64,000 bases of DNA from Vulcanimicrobiales bacterium (GTDB lineage Bacteria > Vulcanimicrobiota > Vulcanimicrobiia > Vulcanimicrobiales > Vulcanimicrobiaceae), in assembly GCA_038231455.1 (NCBI GenBank), contig JBBRLI010000004.1, positions 140,928 through 204,927 on the forward strand, given 5' to 3'. Of this stretch, positions 48,321 through 61,026 are shown one piece after another. The notes below the pieces were generated by a model, which did no database searches, was not told the DNA's origin, and was given only the letters and a program-made list of their open reading frames with translations. Both the position numbers and the translations under genes were made by a program. How positions within the stretch are numbered: the first letter of the stretch is position 1; every line of letters starts with the position of its first letter.

Positions 48321-51300
48321 TTACTTGAAAAACTTTTGAAAATTCAGGGAAAATCCGTCGCGGCCGCCGAGCGGCTGCCCGGCATTAATGCGGTTTGAGG
48401 CATTGATCGACGAGGTCGCGCCCGACCCAAACGCCGAGGTGTTTCCCGCTTGGGTGAACACGGTGAGCTGGATTGCCGTCCTCGCACTGGGACGCGCTTC
48501 AAAGCCGAACGTTTGCCGATACGGGTACGCCAGCGTCTCGCCGTAGACCGCGTAGACGTTCTTCCGCAGTGCTTTTCGGGCGTTGAAGCCGACGTTTCCG
48601 GAATTGTCGATCGTCACGCCCAGGTCGCTTACCCCAAGCGCCCCGCCGAAGACGTTCGCAATGGGTGCGATGAGGCGCTGGCTGATCTGGCCGTTGAGGA
48701 TGCTCAAGACCTCGGTGTTGAGCGATGTCTGGCCGGCGGCGAGGCCCCCGGAGAGGTTAGGCGGGAGGAGGACGTTGGATTCGCCGGGCGTCCCGCGCAG
48801 AATCGGCACGTTCGTCCCGCGGCGGTTGAAGTCGACCACGCCCGCCCCGAGCACTTGTGCATCGAAGAGTAGGCCCAGAATCTTTTCTTGCGAGTAGGCG
48901 GGGACCGATTCGTACGAGGTGCGCACGCTATCGGCCGGGCCGTCGATTTGAATCGTAATGTCCGCCGTGCCCGCGTCGTTCCGCAGGCGATTGGGATCGG
49001 GATTGGAGACGTGCGTGGAAGCGCGCAAGTCGACCGTTGGCACAATCCCGGCGCTGGGGTCGAACGCGACCGTCGCATCGGTCACCCGAAAGACCCGATT
49101 GTACGATGAGAACGTGCCGCCGCCGGTCGAGACGATCTCGCCCGCGAGCGTGGGACGCGCGAGCGTGCCGCCGAGCGTTACCGCGCCCCGCGCCCCGATA
49201 TCGATCAAGGGCGAGCGCACGCGAACGTTGTGCTCCGCCTGTACGCGCAAGCCGGCGAACGCAACATCGAACGGCGACTTTTCCGGCGCCGCGGCACCGT
49301 TCCCCGGATGATAGAGTGCCGCGAACGGTATCGTCGCATCGTTCAACGAGACGGAACCCGAAAGGCGCGGTAGCGCCGCCGTACTTGCAAGTTCGATCGC
49401 GCCATCGAACGAGCCGCGGCCGTATGCCGGAAAATTCAAACCCGCATGTGCCGCGCGCAGATCGACGACATACGAACTCTGCGTGCCGGCGGCCAAAGGT
49501 AACTGCAACGAACCGGTTGCATCGAGCGCGCCGTTACCGGCGTCGGCATGGAGCGCCGTAAGCGCAACGGACGAACCGGCAAAGGCAAGCGTGCCGCTGA
49601 TGTGATTGATCGCCTCACTCTGCAGCGGCGATTGAATCGACCCATCGGCAAGCCCGAGCGAACCGATCAAGCGCGGGGCATCGACCGTCCCGCTCACGCC
49701 GAAGCGGCCCTCAAGCGTCCCGCCGATACGCGCGCCGCGCGGCAAGAGCGTCGAGAATTGCGCCAGATCGACGGCCTTCGCTGTCACGTCGAAATCGAGT
49801 GGCGCGTTCTTTGGACCGAGTCGCATCGTCGCCGGCGACACGGGCAGGGCGCCGGCAAGAAACGCCGTTCCTTTGTCGAGCGTGAATTCGATATCACGCA
49901 CCGTCAGCGTGCGTTCGTCGAAGGCGAGCGCGCCGACGGTGCGCGGAACGACCAGCGAGCCGTAGCGGCCGCGTTCGATATCGAAGCCCGCCTCCACCAC
50001 GGGATGCGCGAGCGACCCGCGCACGCGCACTTCGGATTCGAGCGTGCCGCCGACATCGATGCCGCCGGCGCCGGGCGCGAAGCGGTGGACGATCTTTCCG
50101 ATATCCCGCGCGGCTACGTGGACGGCAAGTTCGAGCGGAGCGTTCGACGTAAGTGCAAACGAACCCGATGCGCCGAGCGAGACGAACGGCAAATCGAGAC
50201 TCGCTGCGGTGATCCGGGTGCGTGTGCCGACGGAGTCTGCGCGCACGGTAAGGCGATCGATCGGAACTTGCGCGTACGACCCTTGCGTGAGGCGCGCGTC
50301 ACTCGTGATTGCAAGCGCGGGAGCGACGCCGACGACGTGCGCCGTCGCATCGACTTGTCCCAAGATCGGCAACGCGATTCCCAGCGCCGGGAGCCACGTT
50401 TTCAAGTCCACACGCGCAAGTGTCGTCTCCGCATCGTATCGTGCTCGCGCAAAGGCCGTGAGCGGATCGCGCAACGCCGGCGCAATCGTTCCGCGCGCGG
50501 TGAACGCACCGGCGGGTCCGTCGACGTCGATCGCACCGCGAATTCGGCTGCCCTCCATATGCCAATCACCATTCGCGTTACCGAAGAGCAGCCGCCGATA
50601 CCGGAAATCGCGCAGCGCGAGCGTTCCGTTCGTGACGATCCGGTGACCGGCAGCGGTCGAAAAGGCAATCCCGAGCGGCCCATGCCCGGCGAGCGTGTCG
50701 CCTTCGTTGAAGAAATCGTTGAAGTCCGCAAGATCGACCGTCGGCGATGCGATCTGCACGCGCGCATCGCCTGCGCGGACCGAGCCCGCAAAATCCAGTT
50801 CGGTCGTCCCGACGTCGACGTGCCCGACTCGCGCGTTTGCGCCGCGCGCATCGACGGCGAGTATCGCGCGACCGTGCCGAAAATTCAATCCGTTATAACG
50901 ACCTTCGGGAACGACAACGCGCCCTGCAACTGCGGGATGATTGCCGCTTCCCGTAATGCGCACCGCCGCATCAAAGCTGCCTTCGAGCGGGACGCCGGTA
51001 AATCCGAGCGCCCGGCGCAGCGTGCCAACGTCGCCTTCGGGTACGCGCGCATCGATCGCGTAGCGCGGGACCGTACCCAACTCCGATACGTTTCCGCCGA
51101 AGAAGCCGTACGTACCGCCGAATGCTCCGATTCCGGAATGGATTGCGATGCGCCGCGCGGCGAAGTCGACACTCGCATCGCCATCAAGGCGATAGGTCCC
51201 AACGCGACCGCGCAAGACAAGAACGTCGCCGGCGAAGCGCGGACCTTCACGCGCGAATGCGCCCAGACCGAAAAACGAAACAGCACCGCCGGTGAGCGGC

Positions 51301-53528
51301 CCGCCTGCTGCGTGCAAGAGATCGGCGGAAACCCCCGCCGCCGAAAGCGCAAAATCCGACCCGTGTTGGACGGCAACCGCATCGTGTGTGCCGATCGTCG
51401 CGCGCGCCGCATAGAGCGTCGTGTGACCGGCGTCGTCGATTGCGATCGTCCCCGCCGCAGAATCGACGGGCACGCCTTGCACGCTTACGCCGCGTAACTG
51501 CGCACCGTCGGTTTGCACGACGGTGGTCTTTGCGATCTGGACGCGCACGGGGCCGTCGACCGCGCCGTGCGCACCGAGTTGACCCGTAAACGGCGTGAGC
51601 TGCGCGAGATCTCCCGTGTAACGCCCGCGCAAACCGACCGCGTGCGCGCCGATCGAGACATCACCGCGAAACCGACCGAAACTCCCGTCGAGATCGACGT
51701 CGGTGAGTGCGAGTGCCTCGAGCGTTCCGCTGACATTCGCCGTCCCCGATCCGATCGGCTTGCCGGTGACGTGCAGGTCACGCGCGGCGAGCATTCCCGC
51801 AACGCCGAAGAGGTCCGGTGTTCCCGCGCCGATCGCGCGTCCGTCGATGATTCCGGCGATCGGCGGGAATTCCGGAAGTCTCACGCCCGGCAAAACGGTC
51901 CCGCGCTTCGCGATCACCGGATAGGCATCGGCAATCGCCCACACGCCGCTCGAACTGGAATCGCGCTCGATCCGGTAACCCGCATGCAGCGTTCCCGCGC
52001 CGCGCGCAAGATCGAGTGGGCCGATTTCACCGCGGCCTTGCGGATCGAGTGCGAAGAAGCCGCTTGCGTCGTTGCCGCCACCCGTTGCGCTCAGCACGCC
52101 CCGCGTACCGATCGCATCGTCGATCCCGGTGAGCAATCCGAACACGTCGACGCGCGCACCCGGCAGCAAATTTTCCGCATACGGCAGCGTATCGGCGGAT
52201 GCGCTTGCGTGCACGGCGAGCAGTGTGCCCGTCTTCTTCTCGAGCACAAAGCGGCCGTTGACCGTCGTGTCGATCCCGCCGTACGAGCCGTGTACGTTGC
52301 CGAGCAGCGCGTAGTCATCGTAGATTGCGACGACGCCGTGCAGACGGCGGATCGGAAAATCGCCATACGCAACGGCTGGCGCGTCGAGGTCGATCACGAT
52401 CAACGGATCGTCGAGCGCATTCTCGATCAGCGCTTGGATCTGCGCGCGTCCGCGAACCGGTTCGTTCCGCGCAAAGTTCAAGACTCGGCGCACGTCATGC
52501 AAATCGCCAGCGCCGCGAACGGCGAGTCGAAAGACGGGTTTCTCAAAATCGGAGATGCCGCCGCGTGCCTCGATCGGCGATCCGCCAAGATCCGCACGCA
52601 GATCGCGCGTCGCAAGACCTCCGTCGGTCAGCACGAGCGTGCCGTTCAAGCGCCGGATGGGTTCGGCGAGGGCGTGGATCGCAAGTTCGCCATCACGCAC
52701 GCGTGTCGACCCGCCGAGATGATAGTCGATATCGCGGTCGAGTGCGATCCCAAGTGCATAGAGGCGTACGTCGAGCCCCGTTGCGATGCCGCCGGCAAAG
52801 CGCACGGCATCCGTGTGTATTGCAAACGAGAGCAGGCCGCGCAGGGGAACGGCTTGGGCGCGAATCCGGTGCGTCGCATAGCCTTTGGTATAGTCGATCG
52901 TCGTGCGCAGTGTGAGCGGATAGTGCCCGAGTGGCGCACCGGCACGGTCGCGTGCGAGGTACACCGCATCGACGCGTGCTCGCGTGCGCGAATTGCTCTG
53001 CACCGTCGCATCGGCCGATACGTCGTCGAAACGTTGATCGACCAAGTCGCGGGCGAGCGCCGCGTCATCGTGCAGCACGATCGTGCCGTTACGAACGCGC
53101 GCGTTAAAGAGGAGCGGCGCTGAGGCGTCGCGCGTCGAGCGCGGGATGCTTGCCGACGAGCCAAAATAGCGCGAGAGATTATAGCTTCCGTCGCGATGGC
53201 GCACGAGGTAGATCGTGGGCCGATCGAGCGTCAGCGACACGAATCCGAACCGGTGCGCTCCCCCCGGGAAAATATCACGCAAGGCGTACGTGAAATCGAC
53301 GCGCGACGCTTCGAGCACCGGATCGCCGGCACGACCGATCCGCACGTTGAAGAGCGCGCCGTGCGTCGTCCCCAGGCGCATCTCCGTAAAGCGCACGTCG
53401 TAGCCGGTTACAGAGGCAAGCGTGCGACTCACAACGATTGCCGCGAGCCTGTGGCGCGCGATGATAACCGCGATAACGAGCAGGCTCAGGCCGAACGCAA
53501 TGAGCGATCGGCGTGCCGCTTTACTCAC
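48321..53528 (-). CDS. tamB: TamB/AsmA-like bridge protein
   Basis: 1735-aa beta-taco-like ORF with N-terminal TM and DUF490-like C-terminus, upstream of bamA. Confidence 0.85.
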   Translation of the reverse strand: MSKAARRSLIAFGLSLLVIAVIIARHRLAAIVVSRTLASVTGYDVRFTEMRLGTTHGALFNVRIGRAGDPVLEASRVDFTYALRDIFPGGAHRFGFVSLTLDRPTIYLVRHRDGSYNLSRYFGSSASIPRSTRDASAPLLFNARVRNGTIVLHDDAALARDLVDQRFDDVSADATVQSNSRTRARVDAVYLARDRAGAPLGHYPLTLRTTIDYTKGYATHRIRAQAVPLRGLLSFAIHTDAVRFAGGIATGLDVRLYALGIALDRDIDYHLGGSTRVRDGELAIHALAEPIRRLNGTLVLTDGGLATRDLRADLGGSPIEARGGISDFEKPVFRLAVRGAGDLHDVRRVLNFARNEPVRGRAQIQALIENALDDPLIVIDLDAPAVAYGDFPIRRLHGVVAIYDDYALLGNVHGSYGGIDTTVNGRFVLEKKTGTLLAVHASASADTLPYAENLLPGARVDVFGLLTGIDDAIGTRGVLSATGGGNDASGFFALDPQGRGEIGPLDLARGAGTLHAGYRIERDSSSSGVWAIADAYPVIAKRGTVLPGVRLPEFPPIAGIIDGRAIGAGTPDLFGVAGMLAARDLHVTGKPIGSGTANVSGTLEALALTDVDLDGSFGRFRGDVSIGAHAVGLRGRYTGDLAQLTPFTGQLGAHGAVDGPVRVQIAKTTVVQTDGAQLRGVSVQGVPVDSAAGTIAIDDAGHTTLYAARATIGTHDAVAVQHGSDFALSAAGVSADLLHAAGGPLTGGAVSFFGLGAFAREGPRFAGDVLVLRGRVGTYRLDGDASVDFAARRIAIHSGIGAFGGTYGFFGGNVSELGTVPRYAIDARVPEGDVGTLRRALGFTGVPLEGSFDAAVRITGSGNHPAVAGRVVVPEGRYNGLNFRHGRAILAVDARGANARVGHVDVGTTELDFAGSVRAGDARVQIASPTVDLADFNDFFNEGDTLAGHGPLGIAFSTAAGHRIVTNGTLALRDFRYRRLLFGNANGDWHMEGSRIRGAIDVDGPAGAFTARGTIAPALRDPLTAFARARYDAETTLARVDLKTWLPALGIALPILGQVDATAHVVGVAPALAITSDARLTQGSYAQVPIDRLTVRADSVGTRTRITAASLDLPFVSLGASGSFALTSNAPLELAVHVAARDIGKIVHRFAPGAGGIDVGGTLESEVRVRGSLAHPVVEAGFDIERGRYGSLVVPRTVGALAFDERTLTVRDIEFTLDKGTAFLAGALPVSPATMRLGPKNAPLDFDVTAKAVDLAQFSTLLPRGARIGGTLEGRFGVSGTVDAPRLIGSLGLADGSIQSPLQSEAINHISGTLAFAGSSVALTALHADAGNGALDATGSLQLPLAAGTQSSYVVDLRAAHAGLNFPAYGRGSFDGAIELASTAALPRLSGSVSLNDATIPFAALYHPGNGAAAPEKSPFDVAFAGLRVQAEHNVRVRSPLIDIGARGAVTLGGTLARPTLAGEIVSTGGGTFSSYNRVFRVTDATVAFDPSAGIVPTVDLRASTHVSNPDPNRLRNDAGTADITIQIDGPADSVRTSYESVPAYSQEKILGLLFDAQVLGAGVVDFNRRGTNVPILRGTPGESNVLLPPNLSGGLAAGQTSLNTEVLSILNGQISQRLIAPIANVFGGALGVSDLGVTIDNSGNVGFNARKALRKNVYAVYGETLAYPYRQTFGFEARPSARTAIQLTVFTQAGNTSAFGSGATSSINASNRINAGQPLGGRDGFSLNFQKFFK

Positions 53529-53537
53529 GGCCGCCGC

Positions 53538-55454
<1,917 letters not shown>

Positions 55455-55511
55455 CTAGCTGCGGAGACGCGCCTGCGCGCTTCCTCCAACACGCTCTCTT
55501 CAACGTCAAGC

Positions 55512-56348
55512 TCAAGAGGTCTGTTTTTCGCCGAACACCAGCGCGAAAATTTCATCGCCGAGCAGATTGCGGGCGACGGCCGGCGTGATGCGGTCTGGCT
55601 CCCAGCCGGTCTGCAAGAGCAAATAGGAGCTGGCGATCGAGGCCTCGCGGCGATCGAGCGAGACGACTTTACGGGCCCGGGCCCGCACGAGCACATCCCA
55701 CCAGCGCGAGAGCATGCGCTTGCGTATGATCTCGTACTCATCGACCGCAAGCCCGCCGACGAGGTCAGCGGTCGCATTGAACCCGAGCCACGGGGCATCG
55801 AACATCAGGCGTTCTGTCGCCGCTCCGCGTGCTTGAGCATCTTTCCCGGCGCAGGGTGCGCAGCGCTTGGCCTCGCTTGTCGCCGCCCCGCACACTTCAC
55901 AGGCGGTCCAGCCAGCCTCGAGCAACACCCGCCGCTGACTCTCGACCCGCGCCCGGAATCGCGCCAGCGCCTCCTCGGGACTTGCGGGCGGCCCGGCCGC
56001 ACTTCCGCGCGGGGGACGATCGGGCGTGGTTCGGCTCTTGGTCGCCTTCGGACCAACTTTGCGCGCACCGACGCGAAAGCGGATGCGCGCGAGGCCGCGA
56101 CCGGCGGGCAGACTCCGCAGCGAGCGGATAATTTCAAGCGAGAGAAATGAAAGCTGATGGCTCCAGGCACTCGAGTTGGTCAAAACGACGAGCGTATCGC
56201 CTTCGATTGCAACCGGTTGGGCGGCCCGTGCTGTATCCGCGCCGACGATCTCGCCCCAAGCCGAGCGGATCGTCGCGAGCGGATCCCCCGCCGGCAGCCC
56301 ACGCGGAACCCACCCCGTAAGCGAATCCCCCATCTTCTCAAGCGACAT
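55512..56348 (-). CDS. dciA: DciA/DUF721 protein with Zn-ribbon and C-terminal extension
   Basis: AWGEIVG...LVVLTNSSAWSHQL; CEVC..CAPC; between recF and gyrB. Confidence 0.8.
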   Translation of the reverse strand: MSLEKMGDSLTGWVPRGLPAGDPLATIRSAWGEIVGADTARAAQPVAIEGDTLVVLTNSSAWSHQLSFLSLEIIRSLRSLPAGRGLARIRFRVGARKVGPKATKSRTTPDRPPRGSAAGPPASPEEALARFRARVESQRRVLLEAGWTACEVCGAATSEAKRCAPCAGKDAQARGAATERLMFDAPWLGFNATADLVGGLAVDEYEIIRKRMLSRWWDVLVRARARKVVSLDRREASIASSYLLLQTGWEPDRITPAVARNLLGDEIFALVFGEKQTS

Positions 56349-57457
56349 TAGAGCGGCCGAACCGTCGCGGCGCGCACGGCAAAAGCGTGGACCGAGGCAT
56401 CGAGCGCCGGGGCATCGGTCGTCGTGAGAAAGGCCTGTTCGAATCCCTCGAGCGCACCGAGAAATCCAGCCGCACGCTCGGGGTCGAGTTCGGAGAGGAC
56501 ATCATCGAGAAGCAGGATCGGCGCATCGCCGCTACGCGCGTGCATGACATCGTATTCGCCGACCTTGAGCGCGAGTACCGCCGTCCGCTGCTGCCCCTGC
56601 GATCCGTACGCCGCAAGCGGCACCCCGTCGATCGCAAGCGAGAGATCGTCACGATGCGGACCAACGAGCGTCGTGCGCCGCACGATCTCACTCGGTCGAC
56701 GCAGTTCCAAACGCGCTAGGAGCGCCGCCCGAATTTCGCTGATTCGCGTATCGTCGATCTCATCGAGCGGGACATTCGGGGCGTAGCGAATCGCAAGTCG
56801 TTCACCTGCGCCTTCCCAGCGCGCGTAGATGCGCTCCGCGGCTTCGGCGAGTTCATGCACGAACGCGGCGCGCGCATGCACGATCACCGCACCGCTCTCG
56901 GCCAGCGCTTCGTCGTACGCGGCAAGCAACTCCGGATCCGGATCGACAAGACCACGCAGCAGTGCGGACTTTTGCGCGCTGACTTTCTGATACCGCGCAA
57001 GTGCCCGGTAATAGAGCGGACTCTCTTGCGCGAGCGCCGCGTTGAGAAAGCTCCGCCGAAGCGTGGGCGCCCCCGACACAAGACCTAAGTCGGCCGGCAC
57101 GAATGTAACGACGCGCGCTTGCCCAAGAAATTTCGCAAACCCAACGCTCGCCCCGTTCACGTCGTATTTCTTACGCGCCCCGGTCGATGCCGCATCGATA
57201 GAACAACGCAACCGAATCGTTCCGGCAGCAATTCGCGCGATGCCGGCAATCTCGGCGTGTGTCGTTCCGGCACGAACCGTCTCCGACTCACGCGTAGCCC
57301 GAAACGATTTTCCGGTTGCTAGCATCGCGATCGCTTCGAGCAAGTTGCTTTTGCCCTGTGCATTCGGACCGACAAAGACATTCAATCCGGGCGCCGGTGC
57401 AAATTCCAACGCTGCATAATTACGAAAGTCGGTCAGGGCGAGCTGCTCGAGCAGCAC
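56348..57457 (-). CDS. recF: DNA replication/repair protein RecF
   Basis: FRNY, GPNAQGKSN, GPHRDD, GSQGQQR, LLDDVLSELD. Confidence 0.96.
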   Translation of the reverse strand: MLLEQLALTDFRNYAALEFAPAPGLNVFVGPNAQGKSNLLEAIAMLATGKSFRATRESETVRAGTTHAEIAGIARIAAGTIRLRCSIDAASTGARKKYDVNGASVGFAKFLGQARVVTFVPADLGLVSGAPTLRRSFLNAALAQESPLYYRALARYQKVSAQKSALLRGLVDPDPELLAAYDEALAESGAVIVHARAAFVHELAEAAERIYARWEGAGERLAIRYAPNVPLDEIDDTRISEIRAALLARLELRRPSEIVRRTTLVGPHRDDLSLAIDGVPLAAYGSQGQQRTAVLALKVGEYDVMHARSGDAPILLLDDVLSELDPERAAGFLGALEGFEQAFLTTTDAPALDASVHAFAVRAATVRPL

Positions 57458-57461
57458 GCGA

Positions 57462-58577
57462 CTACTGGCGCAGCGGCATCAACACGTAGAGTTGATTCGC
57501 ACCGCTCGCGCTCTCAAGCGGACGAATCGCCGCGGGCGAAAGCGGCCCCAAAAATTCCAACACGACCTGCGGTGAATCGATGTGGTTGAGAATCTCAACC
57601 AGATACCGCGCATTAAAAGCAATCGTCAGATCGTCACCGGTCTGCTCGACCTCAAGCTCTTCATACGCATTACCGGCAAGCTCCGAATTCGCGGTAATAA
57701 TCAACTGCTGATTCGAAACAGCAATCTTGACCATCGAAGCCCGATCCCCGGCAACGAGTTCAGCACGCCGAAGCCCGCCAATAAAAGCACTGGTATTCAC
57801 GGTAACCGAACGATCGAACTTCGCCGGAATCACTTGCCCGTAATTCGGGTACTGCCCATCGACAAGCCGAACAACAATCGACGTCGCATCCGCAGCCAGC
57901 GAAAGCTGATTGCTCTGCGCACCAAGCGCCGTCATCTCAAGAATTTCCGTATTACCAAGATTACGCGCAGCCTCAGCAAGCGCACGCGACGGAATAATAT
58001 ACTTCGCGGGCGCATCGATCGGACGATCGAGTTCCGCCTGCCACTTCGCAAGCCGATACCCATCAGTCGCGACCATCGTAATCGAGTTGCCTTCAACTTC
58101 GACAAGCGTGCCCATCAGCACCGCGCCACGCGCTTCTTCGTTCGAGGCAGCAAAGATCGTCGCGTTCACACCTTCGCGAAACCGTTTTGCAGCAAGCCCA
58201 AAGCTCGCGCCTTTTTGCGCGGCTGGCAGCGGCGGGTATTCATCCGGCGGAAGCGCATGAAAATCGTAGTTCGACTTTTCGCACTTTACACTCGCACGCG
58301 ACGGCGAACCCGTAAGCTCGAGAAGTCCAGCGGGCAAGTTCCCAAGATACCCGGAGAACAATTTAGCGGGAACGGTGACCGACCCCGATTCCGTGATCTC
58401 AGCTAGAAATGCGTGTTCGAGCGTCAGCTCAAGATCCGTTGCACGTACTTTGATCGCACCGTCTTCGGCCGTGAGCAGCACGTTGGAAAGAATTGGAACG
58501 GTGGTATGCGCGTTAACAACTTTGCTCGCGGCACTAACGGCCGACGCAATGTCTTTCGTACTACAGGTAAACTTCAC
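57462..58577 (-). CDS. dnaN: DNA polymerase III beta clamp
   Basis: ATDLE, VATDGYRL, GQYPNY, FNARYL, LMPLR. Confidence 0.97.
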   Translation of the reverse strand: MKFTCSTKDIASAVSAASKVVNAHTTVPILSNVLLTAEDGAIKVRATDLELTLEHAFLAEITESGSVTVPAKLFSGYLGNLPAGLLELTGSPSRASVKCEKSNYDFHALPPDEYPPLPAAQKGASFGLAAKRFREGVNATIFAASNEEARGAVLMGTLVEVEGNSITMVATDGYRLAKWQAELDRPIDAPAKYIIPSRALAEAARNLGNTEILEMTALGAQSNQLSLAADATSIVVRLVDGQYPNYGQVIPAKFDRSVTVNTSAFIGGLRRAELVAGDRASMVKIAVSNQQLIITANSELAGNAYEELEVEQTGDDLTIAFNARYLVEILNHIDSPQVVLEFLGPLSPAAIRPLESASGANQLYVLMPLRQ

Positions 58578-58612
58578 TATCCACCGTCCACGGCCGCTCG
58601 GCCGTCGTCTCG

Positions 58613-58774
58613 TATATATAAAAGGTTAGTCGTACTAGCAGTAACGCGGTGAGCAACGGGGACAAGTCGGGATCCCCAATTACGACAGCACGATGCGCCT
58701 TTTTTCGGTTGTGGATGAATCACACGATCCATCCTCGTCCTAAACAGAGGCCGCGCGAAACCCCATTATCCACG
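58613..58774. other. oriC right half: DnaA boxes, DnaA-trios and AT-rich unwinding element
   Basis: Minus strand TTGTCCCCG TTGCTCACC GCG TTA CTG CTA GTA CGA CTA ACC TTTTATATATA; further boxes at 58710 and 58766. Confidence 0.85.
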
Positions 58775-58854
58775 TTTGAAGCCCCACCCTGTGAGGCGTT
58801 CGGTACAACTCTGTGGGTTTGGTTTTCGATGGGCTCTTTTGGTGATTGTAGCTG

Positions 58855-58996
58855 GCGGGTGGGGGGACGTGTTGCCGGTGGGGACGCCCGCATTTTTACG
58901 TCGTGTAAAAATGCTACTTGCCGACTTTTCGCTCTCGCCAATCCTGGCTTCGCGAAAAGCTCGGACACCCCACCGGCAACACATCCCCCCACCCGC
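58855..58996 (-). repeat. Long-armed structured palindromic element, copy E2
   Basis: 29-bp inverted arms (one mismatch, a G-U pair on the minus strand) 58855-58883/58968-58996; core homologous to E1. Confidence 0.85.
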
Positions 58997-59082
58997 GAGG
59001 CACGATGCATATAAAACGAAACCGCCCAGCATTGTGCTGGGCGTAACGATCGTGGCGTGCATTCAAGGTTAATGGTGCGCGT

Positions 59083-60453
59083 CTATTCGCTTTGGCAGAG
59101 TGCTAAGAGCGAACGAACCTTATTCCGATAGGCTTCGTCGCGTTCCATCAAGTCTTTGACTTTGTCGCGAGCGTACATCACGGTCGTGTGATCTTTCTTG
59201 CCGAAGTCGCGCGCGATTTGCGGCAGCGAGCAATCGGTGAGTTCGCAGGCAAGATACATCGCGATTTGGCGCGGGGCAGCAAGACGCTGATCGCGGCGGC
59301 CGTTGTCCATCTCCTTGACCGTGAGAGCATGGGCTTTGGCAACGCGCTCTTTAATGAGCGGGATCGTAACGCGGTGCATGGGGGCTTGCGCGACGGCGTT
59401 CTTGAGCACTTCGGCGGCAAGGTCGACCGTGATCGGCGACTTCGTCAAAGAGGCGAACGCGACCACGCGGATCAGCGAACCTTCGAGCTCGCGGATGTTC
59501 GACGGGATCACTTTTGCGATGAACGACGTCACTTCATCAGGGACCGGGATTTTCTCGGTCTCTGCTTTCTTACGCAAGATCGCTTCGCGCGTTTCTAAAT
59601 CCGGAGGCTGGATGTCGGTGAGGAGTCCCCACTCGAATCGCGAGCGGAGGCGATTCTCCAGCGTTTGGATTTCTTTGGGCGGCCGGTCGCTTGAGATGAC
59701 GAGCTGTTTGCTTGCTTCGTGAAGGGAGTTGAAGGTGTGGAAGAACTCTTCTTGGGTTTGTTCCTTGCCTTCTAAGAACTGAATGTCGTCGATCAGCAGC
59801 ACGTCGACGTGGCGGTACCGGTTGCGGAACTCGACGGTCTGATTATTTTTGATCGCGATGATGAATTCGTTGGTGAACTTCTCACTTGAGAGGTAGACCA
59901 CGTTCGCGCTTGGGTTTTGGGCGAGGACCCGGTGGCCGATCGCATGCATGAGATGCGTCTTGCCCAGGCCCACTCCGCCGTAGAGGAAGAGCGGATTGTA
60001 GGCTTTGGCCGGTGTCTCGGCCACAGCCTGAGAGGCGGCGTGGGCGAACCGGTTGCTGTTTCCAACGACGAATTCATCGAAGGTGTAACGCGGGTTGAGA
60101 TTCCCTTGGCGCAGCTCCTCGGGTGGGACGATCGTGCGGGTCGGCGCGGAGACCGTCGTCGTTTGCGAAGGGGCTTCGCCCGTATCGGTCGCCACGACAA
60201 AGCGAATGTCGATGCTGGTGCCAAGCAGGGTTGCGAGCACGTCGGCGATCTCGGATTTCAGGCGGTTTTCGACCCAATCGCGGGCGAAATTCGAATGGAC
60301 CGCGAGGACGATCTCGGAGTGGTTGACCTCAACGAGCCGCATTGGCTTGAGCCACATCTCGAAGATCGGTTTCGAGTATTTTCGTTCCAGCGATTCAAGT
60401 GCCGCAGCCCATAGATCGCCCGCGACATCCGTCGCATTCGTAACACTCGGCAT
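59083..60453 (-). CDS. dnaA: Chromosomal replication initiator DnaA
   Basis: [37 protein letters not shown]; start ATG 60453. Confidence 0.97.
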   Translation of the reverse strand: MPSVTNATDVAGDLWAAALESLERKYSKPIFEMWLKPMRLVEVNHSEIVLAVHSNFARDWVENRLKSEIADVLATLLGTSIDIRFVVATDTGEAPSQTTTVSAPTRTIVPPEELRQGNLNPRYTFDEFVVGNSNRFAHAASQAVAETPAKAYNPLFLYGGVGLGKTHLMHAIGHRVLAQNPSANVVYLSSEKFTNEFIIAIKNNQTVEFRNRYRHVDVLLIDDIQFLEGKEQTQEEFFHTFNSLHEASKQLVISSDRPPKEIQTLENRLRSRFEWGLLTDIQPPDLETREAILRKKAETEKIPVPDEVTSFIAKVIPSNIRELEGSLIRVVAFASLTKSPITVDLAAEVLKNAVAQAPMHRVTIPLIKERVAKAHALTVKEMDNGRRDQRLAAPRQIAMYLACELTDCSLPQIARDFGKKDHTTVMYARDKVKDLMERDEAYRNKVRSLLALCQSE

Positions 60454-60586
60454 AGACGTTCCCTGCTGACTAGAAGAGAAAAGTATCGACCGTCCGCACC
60501 TTATGACCGGGGGTGCGAAACGGGATGAATGAGCCACCTCGGATTGGCGCCCATAGACCCTAGTCCTGCGCTTGCGGGGCGAAAAC

Positions 60587-60763
60587 TTATGCACTTATCC
60601 ACAGGGCTATAAACAGGCAAAAGTCCTTGATTTTACGAGGTTTTCCGCGGGTTATCCGCAAGGCAAAAGTAGCCCTAAATGGGGCAGGAGTCCTCGTCGT
60701 GCGGTCGATTGCGGCGCACCCGTGCGACCGGTTCTCCACAGGCTTGTCCACCGATGTGGAAAA
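60587..60763. promoter_or_regulatory. DnaA-box cluster upstream of dnaA (oriC left half / autoregulation)
   Basis: TTATCCACA 60595, TTATCCGCA 60652, TTCTCCACA 60732, TTGTCCACC 60744, TGTGGAAAA 60755. Confidence 0.85.
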
Positions 60764-60886
60764 GGCGCGAACCGTTCGCATCTCGCCCGCTGCGGCTTGA
60801 CGGGCCGGGCCCCGGCTACGTATACTTAATGGCTGCCCCGCGCATCCGCGTGCGGGGCCATTTCTTGTCGATTCGGAGACTCTACT

Positions 60887-61021
60887 GTGAAGCGCACTTT
60901 TCAGCCGCATAACCGTCGCCGCAAACGCGTGCATGGGTTCATGTCGCGCATGGCAACGAAGAACGGCCGCCGGGTCCTTGCCGCGCGCCGGAAAAAAGGC
61001 CGTAAACGCCTGACCGTCTAG
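60887..61021 (+). CDS. rpmH: 50S ribosomal protein L34
   Basis: Manual translation [44 protein letters not shown]. Confidence 0.97.
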   Translation: MKRTFQPHNRRRKRVHGFMSRMATKNGRRVLAARRKKGRKRLTV

Positions 61022-61026
61022 GACGC

